A stretch of DNA of 64,000 nt, taken from assembly GCA_029564765.1 (NCBI GenBank), contig JAKQPK010000023.1, positions 163,640 through 227,639 on the forward strand. The letters are read 5' to 3'. The notes beneath the pieces are model-generated. The model was not told the origin of the DNA. It worked only from the letters and a program-made list of their open reading frames with translations, and did no database searches. A program made the position numbers and the translations under genes. How positions within the stretch are numbered: the first letter of the stretch is position 1; every line of letters begins with the position of its first letter. Shown here one piece after another: positions 17,943 to 27,067 of the stretch. Source of the DNA: Candidatus Omnitrophota bacterium (GTDB lineage Bacteria; Omnitrophota; Gorgyraeia; Zapsychrales; Aceulaceae).

Positions 17943-20261
17943 CTAAAGGGATCTTTTGATCTCCTCTGCTTCCCGACGTAAAAAGCGATCAACGGGATCG
18001 ATCTTCAATCCCCTTAAAAAAGCTTCCTGAGCTTTTTTATATTGCCCTAAAGATTTATAGCAAAGCCCTATCTTTCTATAAACACTTGATTCGCGCGGAT
18101 AAGCTAAAGAGATCAAGCCATAAAATTCTATCGCAAGCATATAACGCTTTTGATGCATTAGAGTATCCGCGGCCTCCAGCGCAAGATCCAGGTCTTCAGG
18201 ATAAAAAGACAAACCCTTACGCATCGCCTGGATGGCATTTTTATCCTCTTTTAAAGCTGCTAACGATCCTGCAAGGCCAAAGAAGACCTTTGGTTTACGA
18301 ACGCGATGTTTCTGAAGAATTTTAAACTGACGCACGGCCTCCTTATGATCCCCTAATGCCGCGTACATCAAGGCCAGCTGATAACGCATGTTCGCATCCC
18401 GGCCTGCAAGCATTGTCGCCAAACGGAAATCTTCAAAAGCCTTGTGAAGCTCTTTGTTTTTCTTCCAGATCTTTCCACGGATATAGTACGCTTCCGGAGC
18501 GTCTGGTGCTGCCAAGAGAGCGCGCGATATCTGATCGCGCGCCAAGTCATCTAAGCCTAAAGATTCCAGCGCATAAGCGCGCTTGATCTCACGATAAGGA
18601 AAAACGTCTCGCGGGCCTAAACGCTGAAGATCAATATCAGAAAATGTGAGGCTTTTCTTGTCTTTCTGAAATCTCTGGATCAGCGCTTGATGGCAAGGGA
18701 TCTTCTTTAAGAAAATGACCGCGTCATGATCAAGATAGACCAAAGCCCACTGCTCATTTTTATACAAATGCTGCAAGATCTTTTCACCGATATGATTGAT
18801 CGATGAGCTTAAGAAAACCCCGATAAGCTGGTATTTCTCCGCGGCCCTCAAGAACGCGGCCTCATCTCCGTCGTCCCAGATCTTAACATAATCCTGAAAG
18901 AATTGAGGTCCGTAGAATTCTGTGCGTCCGTCAATAAAAACGCGGACCTGCGGCGAGCAACGGCCTATCAAAAAAGCTCCAGAATTGAAATCATTAAAGA
19001 AATTACCTTTAATACCATTATCATTGATAAAGCGAGAAGCAGCCCATGGATAGGCCCTTAAGTTGATCCCGCCATAATAACTTTTCATCTCATATTGATC
19101 AAAATTAAAATATATTTTCTGGGATTCCTTGAGGCCATAGCGCACGATCCAGAAGATCATAATGATATTCAGCATCGCGATCGTGATATATCGAAACGTT
19201 CGGTCCTTGAAGCGAAAAGGCAGGATATCTTCTAAAGCATATTCTGAAAAATTCAGGATAGTGACAATGCACGCAACAACCCCGAAGAACAAGATGTTGC
19301 GCACAGCCTGAAGAGAAAAAGCAAGGAGCAGAACCCATAAAAAAAGAGCGGAAAGATCAATGCGTCGGCGGTTAACAATAAAGCTACATCCTGAAATAAA
19401 TATCAAAGCCTTATAGGCTATATGTTTTAATGTCCAAAGATCGCTAAAAAGGATCGGTCTTTGCAGTTCTTGTATATGACTAAAGAATATTCGTGAATCT
19501 CCAGAAACCTGCCAAAGAACAGAGAACGGATATAAAGCGCCGTGAATATGTTGGGGATTCACTAAGCACGCCAAGCTGGTAAAAACAAAAAGAACTTTCA
19601 TCTTTGTAAGTTCATCATTCGTCAACCGCCCGATATCGTTCCACTGCCACGGAAGCTTTACATGCCGCTTGATCAATTCACACAGGATGCCCAGAAGGAC
19701 AAGAAGAGGGCCAAAAATAAAGAACCCATGGACATTGACCCACAGGATCTGAACCCCCACTAAAACCCAAAGGCTCAAGCGCTTATCCAGATGAAGCGAG
19801 AGAATGTAGACATAGACGACAAAGAACAAAAGGCTTAAAAGATCTGGCCTCATGGTCATGCGGCTTTGATAGATCATGGCCAGCAAGAACAAAAGGAATA
19901 CGGTAAAACAATGCCGTCGACGAATATCGCTAAGAAGGAATAAGAACAAAAACGTAAAGGCGACGACAACCACTTGCGCCATAAAAAGACCGTCAAGGCC
20001 TCCAATAGACAGCGCCAAATAGAAGATCACCTGAAACAACCATGAGTGATTATTCCATGGCTGGCCAGCCATGGTGCAGGAAAAAATATCCTTGATCGGG
20101 ATAAAGCCTTGCTCAACGATCACTTCTCCGGTCTTTAAATGAAGCCAGAGATCAAAATCCGTAACCTCAAAATTAGACAAGAAGACAACCAGGCCTATCA
20201 GGACACCAAAACACAGCATCCCAGTGATGTAACAGCTCTTTTTGCAGATCTTTTCTAGCAT
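17943..20261 (-). CDS. Large membrane protein. The N-terminal half is polytopic (GT-C / DUF2723 / PMT-like), and the C-terminal ~300 aa are TPR repeats.
   Basis: 772 aa with more than 10 predicted TM helices over residues ~1-450. An acidic motif (TDFDLW) lies in the first loop, as in GT-C glycosyltransferases. The C-terminal region carries TPR-like repeats (YYIRGKIWKKNKELHKAFEDF, ALMYAALGDHKEA, LCYKSLGQYKKAQEAF). Confidence 0.5.
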   Translation of the reverse strand: MLEKICKKSCYITGMLCFGVLIGLVVFLSNFEVTDFDLWLHLKTGEVIVEQGFIPIKDIFSCTMAGQPWNNHSWLFQVIFYLALSIGGLDGLFMAQVVVVAFTFLFLFLLSDIRRRHCFTVFLLFLLAMIYQSRMTMRPDLLSLLFFVVYVYILSLHLDKRLSLWVLVGVQILWVNVHGFFIFGPLLVLLGILCELIKRHVKLPWQWNDIGRLTNDELTKMKVLFVFTSLACLVNPQHIHGALYPFSVLWQVSGDSRIFFSHIQELQRPILFSDLWTLKHIAYKALIFISGCSFIVNRRRIDLSALFLWVLLLAFSLQAVRNILFFGVVACIVTILNFSEYALEDILPFRFKDRTFRYITIAMLNIIMIFWIVRYGLKESQKIYFNFDQYEMKSYYGGINLRAYPWAASRFINDNGIKGNFFNDFNSGAFLIGRCSPQVRVFIDGRTEFYGPQFFQDYVKIWDDGDEAAFLRAAEKYQLIGVFLSSSINHIGEKILQHLYKNEQWALVYLDHDAVIFLKKIPCHQALIQRFQKDKKSLTFSDIDLQRLGPRDVFPYREIKRAYALESLGLDDLARDQISRALLAAPDAPEAYYIRGKIWKKNKELHKAFEDFRLATMLAGRDANMRYQLALMYAALGDHKEAVRQFKILQKHRVRKPKVFFGLAGSLAALKEDKNAIQAMRKGLSFYPEDLDLALEAADTLMHQKRYMLAIEFYGLISLAYPRESSVYRKIGLCYKSLGQYKKAQEAFLRGLKIDPVDRFLRREAEEIKRSL

Positions 20262-20274
20262 AGAAACCTTTTTG

Positions 20275-21138
20275 TTATTCTAACACAAAATGTCCCTTTG
20301 TCTTCTGTGTCCAGCGCATTTTTGACGATGCCCAATCAAAAACAAAATCCCGATCACAGCGGTAACTCATGGCCGCGGATAAAAGGTTTTTGGTATACGG
20401 ATGCTGTGGCTGATTGAGCAAGGATTCCCGGTACGCCTGCTCAACGATCCTTCCTTGATACATCACGGCGATCTGAGGACAAAGTTTTTTGATGACATTA
20501 AGATTATGTGAGATAAAAAAGTATGTTACCCCAAATCTTTGCTGCAGATCTAAAAGCATGTTCAAAACCTGCTCCTGTACGAGAACATCTAAGGAGGATA
20601 CCGCCTCATCCAGGATCACAAGTTGCGGATCAGCGGCCAAAGCACGCGCGATCGCGATACGTTGACGCTCCCCACCGCTGAACTCATAAGGGAACCTGTG
20701 CAGGATATCCGGCGAGAGCCCGACCGCCAAGAGAAGCTCACGGAACCTACCTTCTTTTTCTGCAGTAGACAACGATGAAAGAAGCATGGCCTCATTTAAG
20801 ATACGGCGTATCGTAAAGCGAGGATCAAGGCTGTTAAACGGGTCTTGAAAAACCATCTGTATCTTGCGGCGTAAAGGCCTCATCTGTGTTTGCGACAGCA
20901 AAGAAATATTCTTACCTCCAAGGATGATCTCTCCTGTATCAGGCGCGATCAGCTTCATAGCAATACGCGCCAGTGTTGTCTTGCCGCATCCGGATTCTCC
21001 TACCAGGCCCAAGCTTTCCTTATGCGCGATCTGCAAGCTGACATCATCCACGGCGCGCACAACATGCTGCGGCCTTCCTCGCCAGTCTGTTGCGGTCACA
21101 AAATGTTTCTTGATATTCTTAAGGGCTAATACCGTCAT
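20275..21138 (-). CDS. oppF: Oligopeptide/dipeptide ABC transporter ATP-binding protein (OppF-like)
   Basis: Walker A GESGCGKTT, the signature LSGGERQRIAIARAL and Walker B LVILDEAVSSLD. Confidence 0.85.
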   Translation of the reverse strand: MTVLALKNIKKHFVTATDWRGRPQHVVRAVDDVSLQIAHKESLGLVGESGCGKTTLARIAMKLIAPDTGEIILGGKNISLLSQTQMRPLRRKIQMVFQDPFNSLDPRFTIRRILNEAMLLSSLSTAEKEGRFRELLLAVGLSPDILHRFPYEFSGGERQRIAIARALAADPQLVILDEAVSSLDVLVQEQVLNMLLDLQQRFGVTYFFISHNLNVIKKLCPQIAVMYQGRIVEQAYRESLLNQPQHPYTKNLLSAAMSYRCDRDFVFDWASSKMRWTQKTKGHFVLE

Positions 21139-21920
21139 AAGCTTATTGTTGTGATCAATCGTTTTGTGAAATCATGATGTGCGTGGCTCAAAACATCCTG
21201 CGTGTTGCCCTGTTCAACGATCCTTCCCTCATACAAAATAAATACGCGATCCGACATGGCCTTGACCAAACCAAGATCATGGGTGATCAGCAGCAACGAC
21301 AATGAAAGTTGTTTCTTTAGTTTTGCAAAAAGCTCAATGATGCGCGCTTGTACCGTGACATCCAGATTGCTTGTCGGTTCATCCGCGATGATCACCTTTG
21401 GCGAAGCCGCGATCGCTTGTGCGATCATCGCCCTTTGACGAAGGCCGGCGCTCAACTGATGTGGATGCGCGGACGCTACCCGCCGAGGTTCAGGGATCTC
21501 GACCATGTCCAGCAGGGTGCAAACCCTATCCATGATCTTTGCGCGCGGATGATCTGTATGCTCTTGCACAACTTCCGCGATCTGATCCCCGATACGGAAT
21601 ACCGGGTTAAACGCACTTAACGGTTCCTGAAAGATCATGCTGATCTCTTTGCCGCGAAGACGGCGCAATGAGGATCGCTGCAAACTTAAAAGATCCTGGC
21701 CTAAAAACAATATCTTGCCGTTATGAACCTTCATGGCAGAAGGCAAAAGACCTAAAATTGCAAGGCCTAAGCTTGTCTTGCCGCCACCCGAACCTCCAAG
21801 CAAAGAAACAGTTTCCTGCGGCAAGATATTTAATGAAACATCACGCAATAGATCTCTGACCCCGTCCTCTTGCTGAAGACCGATCGACAGACCGCGGATA
21901 TCTAACAACACTTCTGACAT
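21135..21920 (-). CDS. oppD: Oligopeptide/dipeptide ABC transporter ATP-binding protein (OppD-like)
   Basis: Walker A GGSGGGKTS, the signature LSAGLRQRAMIAQAI and Walker B IIADEPTSNLD. It overlaps oppF by 4 nt. Confidence 0.85.
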   Translation of the reverse strand: MSEVLLDIRGLSIGLQQEDGVRDLLRDVSLNILPQETVSLLGGSGGGKTSLGLAILGLLPSAMKVHNGKILFLGQDLLSLQRSSLRRLRGKEISMIFQEPLSAFNPVFRIGDQIAEVVQEHTDHPRAKIMDRVCTLLDMVEIPEPRRVASAHPHQLSAGLRQRAMIAQAIAASPKVIIADEPTSNLDVTVQARIIELFAKLKKQLSLSLLLITHDLGLVKAMSDRVFILYEGRIVEQGNTQDVLSHAHHDFTKRLITTISL

Positions 21921-21925
21921 GGCCC

Positions 21926-23020
21926 TTACCCTTCTACCTTAAGCGTTGGGTCCAGCGCGTCGCGCAAAGCGTCGCCAACGACATTAAAACAAATGACCGT
22001 TAAGAAAATAAAGAAACCCGGCAGCAAGATCCATGGGGCCAGCTGGATCGATACGATCCCCATGGCCTCTGACAATAGATTGCCCCAGCTAGCGTAAGGG
22101 TCTTGGATACCGAGCCCCAGCAAGCTGAGCGCGGACTCGCCCATGATATACCCAGGGATCGATAGCATGATCGCGATGATCGAATACGACATCGTATGAG
22201 GCAGAATATGGGTAGCGATGATCCTAATATCTGATAACCCCATTGCCTTGGCGGCCAACACATATTCTCTTTCTTTCAATGACATGCTCATTCCGCGGAT
22301 CACGCGCGCCAACGAAGCCCATCCGATAAATGAAAAAATAACGATGATCAAAAGATATACCTGAAATGAATTAAGGTGCGGCGGGAACGCGGCCCGCAAA
22401 GCCAGCATCAAATAAAAACCAGGGACCATCATGAACATTTCACAAATGCGCATCAGCACGTTGTCAACCCGCCCTCCATAGTAGCCGGCCATACCGCCAA
22501 CCAAGAGCCCTAAAACAAAAGAGATCGCGACGCCAATGATCCCGATGGATAGCGAAATGCGCGCGCCCCAAAAGATCCGCGAAAAAAGATCACGTCCGCG
22601 TGAATCCGCGCCCCAAAGATGAAGCCGCCCAGGGCTATCAACGCCAAACAAATGGCGATCCCAAGGGATCACCCCTAAAAGACGATACGAATCGCCCTTG
22701 GGCAAAAGACGGATAAAAAACTTCTGGGCCTTATCCTCGAGATAGATACGCCGATGAACTTCATTGAACGAAAAAGAAGTCGCGTACACATACGGACGGC
22801 TTAAAGCTCCTTGCTCATTTTTCCAATGGACCTTCATGGGAGGACAAAAGGAATAACTGCGGTCTTCATTATCATAACGGTAAGGCGAAAGAAAATCCGC
22901 GAATATCGCCGTTGTGTACAACAGCCCTAAAACGATCAAACAAAAGACCGCCCAGCGATTGCGCACAAAGACCGCGTAGCCGGCTTGAAACTGATTGAGG
23001 GGTTTTTTATCTTTGTTCAT
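21926..23020 (-). CDS. oppC: ABC transporter permease (OppC-like)
   Basis: Six TM helices and the EAA-type permease motif region (AKAMGLSDIRIIATHILPH). Confidence 0.8.
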   Translation of the reverse strand: MNKDKKPLNQFQAGYAVFVRNRWAVFCLIVLGLLYTTAIFADFLSPYRYDNEDRSYSFCPPMKVHWKNEQGALSRPYVYATSFSFNEVHRRIYLEDKAQKFFIRLLPKGDSYRLLGVIPWDRHLFGVDSPGRLHLWGADSRGRDLFSRIFWGARISLSIGIIGVAISFVLGLLVGGMAGYYGGRVDNVLMRICEMFMMVPGFYLMLALRAAFPPHLNSFQVYLLIIVIFSFIGWASLARVIRGMSMSLKEREYVLAAKAMGLSDIRIIATHILPHTMSYSIIAIMLSIPGYIMGESALSLLGLGIQDPYASWGNLLSEAMGIVSIQLAPWILLPGFFIFLTVICFNVVGDALRDALDPTLKVEG

Positions 23021-23978
23021 AACGAATGCGCGGGTCTGCCCACGCTAATAAAATATCCGCTAATAAATTACCGAGCAAAAGCAGAACGCCTCCCATCATC
23101 ATATTAGCCATCACCAAATAAACATCCTTGGCCCGAACGGCCGTGAGCATCAAGGCCCCGATACCAGGCCAACTGCATATGATCTCGACCAAGGCGGCTC
23201 CGCTTAAAAGCCCTGAAAAATGATATCCCAAAAGCGTGATCATCGGATTGATAGCGTTACGCAAAGCATGTTTGAAGATGACCTTATTTTCCGGCAAGCC
23301 CTTAGCCCGTGCGGCTAAAATATATTGCTGGCCTAAGGCATCTAGTAAATTGCCACGCATTACCCTTTGCAGCGCCGCGATCGACCCCAGCGAAATGACG
23401 ACCGTTGGGATCAACAAATGCCTCAATAGGTCCACAAAACGCTGGCCCCAAGAAAGATCCTGAGCGTGGACACTGTGCATCCCGCCTAATGGCAAGCCTC
23501 CGACGACAGAAACCGCGTAAAGAAAAAGGATGGCAAAAAAGAAGCTGGGAACCGACAGGCATAAAAACGACCCTAGCGACAGGATCTTATCGATCCAGCG
23601 ATTGCGGTATACGGCCATGATGATCCCCAAGGGGATCGCCAAAGCCCACGTTAAGATCAAACTGCTTATGGACAGAAGAAAGGTATTCCACAGCCTAACC
23701 TTCATGATGTCCACGACCGGAGTGTTGTAATAAAATGAATACCCCAGATCAAATTTAAGGATATTTTTCAGCCAGACCAGGTATTGCTCTAAGAGGGGCT
23801 TGTCCAAGTGGTAAAGTTTTTCATAATGGGCGATCGTGTCCGGAGAAACGCGGGGGTCCATCTTAAGCGTGTCAAAGAAATTGCCAGGCGTGACCGTGAT
23901 CAGCAAAAAGGTCATAAATGAGATCCCCAGCAAGAGCGGCAACGAAACAATTATGCGGCGAATAATGAATTTGATCAT
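23007..23978 (-). CDS. oppB: ABC transporter permease (OppB-like)
   Basis: A polytopic permease with the EAA loop (AARAKGLPENKVIFKHALRNA). Confidence 0.8.
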   Translation of the reverse strand: MIKFIIRRIIVSLPLLLGISFMTFLLITVTPGNFFDTLKMDPRVSPDTIAHYEKLYHLDKPLLEQYLVWLKNILKFDLGYSFYYNTPVVDIMKVRLWNTFLLSISSLILTWALAIPLGIIMAVYRNRWIDKILSLGSFLCLSVPSFFFAILFLYAVSVVGGLPLGGMHSVHAQDLSWGQRFVDLLRHLLIPTVVISLGSIAALQRVMRGNLLDALGQQYILAARAKGLPENKVIFKHALRNAINPMITLLGYHFSGLLSGAALVEIICSWPGIGALMLTAVRAKDVYLVMANMMMGGVLLLLGNLLADILLAWADPRIRYEQR

Positions 23979-25810
23979 CGGTTGCGATAAGATGGTTTAA
24001 GGTATAGTTCCTCGAGATTATGAAAGATCCCGCCAAATTTCGACGGCGTTAAATTCTCAAATTTGTTGCGCACAGCCACAAGGCTCGCGTTAAAGACCGT
24101 GTAAATGAGCGGCAGCTGTTGGGAGACGATCAACTGCCATTCATCATACAAGGGTTTACGCTTGGCATCATCTAAGATCTGCACGCCTTCCGTAAAGATC
24201 TCATCAACTCTTTTCTCCCAGGCAGTCGCGGGGACAGGCTGGCCTGGGTTCCAAAAATGCAGCTGGCCGTTGGACACCCAAACATTTTTTCCAAAATGAG
24301 GCTCCAGCCCTCCGGTCAATCCTAGAACGATCGCGTCCCACTCATAATTCGCCATCAATTTAGAAACGATACTGTTAAATTCCAAGCCTAAAAAGTTGAC
24401 CTTTATCCCCAAGAGCTGCAGGTCCCGACGGATGATCGCGGCGATCTGCAAGCGTTCGTTGGAATCCGAATTGGTGTACAAATTGAACTCCACCCTATGG
24501 CCCTGAGCATCCTCTAAGATGCCGTCCTTGTCGCGGTCCACAAAACCCTCTTGCGCGAGGATCTGTTTTGCTTTCGATAGATCATATTCATAACGGACAA
24601 CATCCGGATTATAAAAAGCAATATTGTTGGGGTTTTCCGCCGCGTCTTGCGGATAGCCCAGGCCGTTCATGACGATCTCGATGATCCTTTGCTTATCGAT
24701 CGCGTGCGCCACGGCCCTTCGAAAATGAACATTGGAAAACCACGACAGCTTGACCGGGTCAACGAACGGTTTTTGTGTCTTAGGGTTAAGGCGCGAATTC
24801 TGATTAAAGACTAAGAAATTACTGGAAAACGCTGAGCCCAGGTCGTACACCGTGAAATCTTTTTTCTTCTCCAAAGGTTTTAAAATAGAATAATCCATGC
24901 CCCGCACAGAAGTAGAATCTACTTCCCCGTCTAAGAATTTCAGCAAAGCCACGTCCTGGTTGGGCACGATCAAGAAAATGATCCGTTGAATGTACGGCAG
25001 GCGCTGGCCGCTCGGTTCCTTTCGCCAATAATGCGGGTTGGCCTCAAGCACGATCTGCCGGCCCGGCGCGTATTGCGCCAGGACGTACGGGCCTGTGCCC
25101 ACGATCTCCCGCACGGGTGTGTCAATACCCCAGGTAAAATTAAAACGGCCCGCGGAAACAGCAGACGCGAGCTTATGCTCAGGCAAAATGGAAGTTCCCA
25201 ACGAGCGCAAGAAAGGCGCGAATTTCATTGGCAAGGTAAAGCGGACCGTGTGCGTGTCGAGCTTTTCAACGAGGATCTGTTTTCCGTCAATCGTGAAAAT
25301 ATCACGGTCCGAGGACGGAATGTCAGGGTTGTAAATAAGTTCGTTAAAGGTAAAAAGGACGTCCGCGGCGCTAAAGGGTTTTCCGTCGGACCAAAGGACG
25401 TCCTGGCGCAAGGCAAAGGTCCACACCAGCCCGTCAGGGCTGATCGTCCATTTTTCGGCCAAGCACGGTTCCACGGCCAGAGTGACAGCGTTGGTGCGGG
25501 TCAGACCTTCAAAGACGTGGCTGATCACGACCGTTGAGGAAGTTTCTTGGGCCGTGATCGGATTAAAGGATTTTGGGTCAGAGCTGGTGGCGAACACTAC
25601 TTGCCCACCGTGACGGCGCGGCGGTTGCTCTTGCGCGCAAACAACGCACGCAGCCAAAGACAACAAAAAAACTACTAAGCCTGTTAGTAGTTTTTTGTTC
25701 AGCGAAAGAAAAGGGAATTTCTTATTGAGCCACGGGCTGTTCACGGACGTCGTCGGCTGGAACTGCCGCGTTAATTTCAATAGTTTGGGCATTCTTTGAA
25801 GCCTCGTCAA
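23975..25810 (-). CDS. oppA: ABC transporter substrate-binding protein, family 5 (OppA-like). The start codon is uncertain.
   Basis: The 611-aa ORF has a lipoprotein-like signal (LLSLAACVVCA) and the family-5 SBP fold. The longest ORF would overlap secG by 89 nt, and no in-frame ATG or GTG lies just downstream of the secG stop. The only nearby alternative is a TTG at about 25666. Confidence 0.7.
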   Translation of the reverse strand: MTRLQRMPKLLKLTRQFQPTTSVNSPWLNKKFPFLSLNKKLLTGLVVFLLSLAACVVCAQEQPPRRHGGQVVFATSSDPKSFNPITAQETSSTVVISHVFEGLTRTNAVTLAVEPCLAEKWTISPDGLVWTFALRQDVLWSDGKPFSAADVLFTFNELIYNPDIPSSDRDIFTIDGKQILVEKLDTHTVRFTLPMKFAPFLRSLGTSILPEHKLASAVSAGRFNFTWGIDTPVREIVGTGPYVLAQYAPGRQIVLEANPHYWRKEPSGQRLPYIQRIIFLIVPNQDVALLKFLDGEVDSTSVRGMDYSILKPLEKKKDFTVYDLGSAFSSNFLVFNQNSRLNPKTQKPFVDPVKLSWFSNVHFRRAVAHAIDKQRIIEIVMNGLGYPQDAAENPNNIAFYNPDVVRYEYDLSKAKQILAQEGFVDRDKDGILEDAQGHRVEFNLYTNSDSNERLQIAAIIRRDLQLLGIKVNFLGLEFNSIVSKLMANYEWDAIVLGLTGGLEPHFGKNVWVSNGQLHFWNPGQPVPATAWEKRVDEIFTEGVQILDDAKRKPLYDEWQLIVSQQLPLIYTVFNASLVAVRNKFENLTPSKFGGIFHNLEELYLKPSYRNR

Positions 25811-26093
25811 AAAGCTTGTCAGGGTCGATCGTTTGTTCGACCTCTCTGTCCGCTAACAAAAGGGATTTGTCGCGCTGAGCCGATAAATACGCCAAGCTTA
25901 AGGACGTGACCAGGAACACGATCCCAATGATCGTGGTCGCGCGGACCAGCAGCACGTTGGTCTTGGGCCCAAAAACAGACTCCGCCGCAGCGAACGCTTC
26001 TGTCAAACCGCCGCCTCTACCCGACTGCATCAAAACAACGGCCATTAACAGAAGGCAAGCAAGAACGTGAACGATCAAAACAAATGTGTACAT
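25722..26093 (-). CDS. secG: Preprotein translocase subunit SecG
   Basis: The N-terminal TM helix is followed by LMQSGRGGGLTEAF, which is the SecG Gly-rich loop, and then a second TM helix. The C-terminal tail is extended. Confidence 0.75.
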   Translation of the reverse strand: MYTFVLIVHVLACLLLMAVVLMQSGRGGGLTEAFAAAESVFGPKTNVLLVRATTIIGIVFLVTSLSLAYLSAQRDKSLLLADREVEQTIDPDKLFDEASKNAQTIEINAAVPADDVREQPVAQ

Positions 26094-26105
26094 ATTTTCT
26101 CCTCT

Positions 26106-26867
26106 TTATTGGGCCAGTGCCCCTTGAACGATCCCGGCGAACGAGTCGCCTTTCAAGCTCGCGCCGCCGACCAGCGCCCCGTCAATGTCGGGCTGGGAAA
26201 GTAACTCGCGGGTGTTTTCCGCCTTAACACTGCCACCGTACTGAATTCGCACAGCGTTCGCGACCGCCTGGCCGTGCATTTTTTCTAACAACTTTCGAAT
26301 AAAACTGTGGACTTCCTGGGCCTGCGCAGGGGTCGCGGTCTTGCCCGTGCCGATCGCCCAGACCGGCTCGTAAGCAACGATCATTTTTTCTGTTTCCTGC
26401 GCGCTAAACCCTTTCAAAGAATTCTCGACGTGGTCCTGCACAACGGCAAAAGTCTTGCCGGACTCGCGCTCCGCTAAATTCTCACCCACACAAACGATCG
26501 GAATTAAACCGTGCGCCAAGGCCGCCTTGATCTTGTTGTTCACCGTTTCGTTAGTTTCGCCAAAAAATTGTCGTCTCTCCGAATGTCCGATGATCACGTA
26601 CTGACAGCCGGCATCCTTTAGCAGCGGTGCTGACACCTCACCGGTAAACGCTCCCGCGTCCTGCCAATAAAGGTCCTGGCCTCCCAAGCCGATATTCGTT
26701 CCCTTCAAAGCTTCCGCGACCTTGGAAAGCGCGGTAAAGACCGGACACACAACAATGTCCACGTCTGTCACGCCAGCGCAGCGCGCCTTCAGATCGTTGA
26801 CCAACTCCACAGCTTCCTTAATATTCTTATTTAATTTCCAATTTCCTGCGATTATAATTTTTCTCAC
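26106..26867 (-). CDS. tpiA: Triosephosphate isomerase
   Basis: IIAGNWKLN is the canonical TIM N-terminus. Catalytic motifs IIGHSERR and AYEPVWAIGTG are present. I place the start at the GTG at 26867 (VRKIIIAGNWK), preceded by aagg. The longest ORF would start at 26936. Confidence 0.85.
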   Translation of the reverse strand: MRKIIIAGNWKLNKNIKEAVELVNDLKARCAGVTDVDIVVCPVFTALSKVAEALKGTNIGLGGQDLYWQDAGAFTGEVSAPLLKDAGCQYVIIGHSERRQFFGETNETVNNKIKAALAHGLIPIVCVGENLAERESGKTFAVVQDHVENSLKGFSAQETEKMIVAYEPVWAIGTGKTATPAQAQEVHSFIRKLLEKMHGQAVANAVRIQYGGSVKAENTRELLSQPDIDGALVGGASLKGDSFAGIVQGALAQ

Positions 26868-26964
26868 AATGACAACCTTTCTTATTAAATGAGCGTCTGA
26901 CTTATGTAGCCGCAAGGCGATCATCAAGTCAGCCACGCGAATTTATCCCGTGAGGCTGAGCCGA

Positions 26965-27044
26965 TTCACCTTGATTTTCCTTAGAAGAAATTGGCACGTC
27001 CCAATTTCACCTTAATTCACGCTAAAGAAAATTGGATCAGCGAC
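26965..27044. repeat. Two tandem imperfect ~40-bp direct repeats in the tpiA-pgk intergenic region
   Basis: Unit 1 is ttcaccttgattttccttagaagaaattgg and unit 2 is ttcaccttaattcacgctaaagaaaattgg. The shared core is TTCACCTTRATT...ARAARAAATTGG. Confidence 0.35.
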
Positions 27045-27067
27045 CCAGTAGCCGAACAGGGACTTCC

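Noticed and set aside
24819-25537. Plus- and minus-strand ORFs (63-183 aa) inside or opposite the oppA-like gene
   Set aside because: They are Arg/Gly-rich reverse-frame artefacts of a GC-richer coding region.
26868-26936. N-terminal 23-aa extension of the tpiA ORF (ATG at 26936)
   Set aside because: The canonical TIM N-terminus begins at the GTG (VRKIIIAGNWK) and the extension has no counterpart in TIM proteins. It is kept as an alternative start only.
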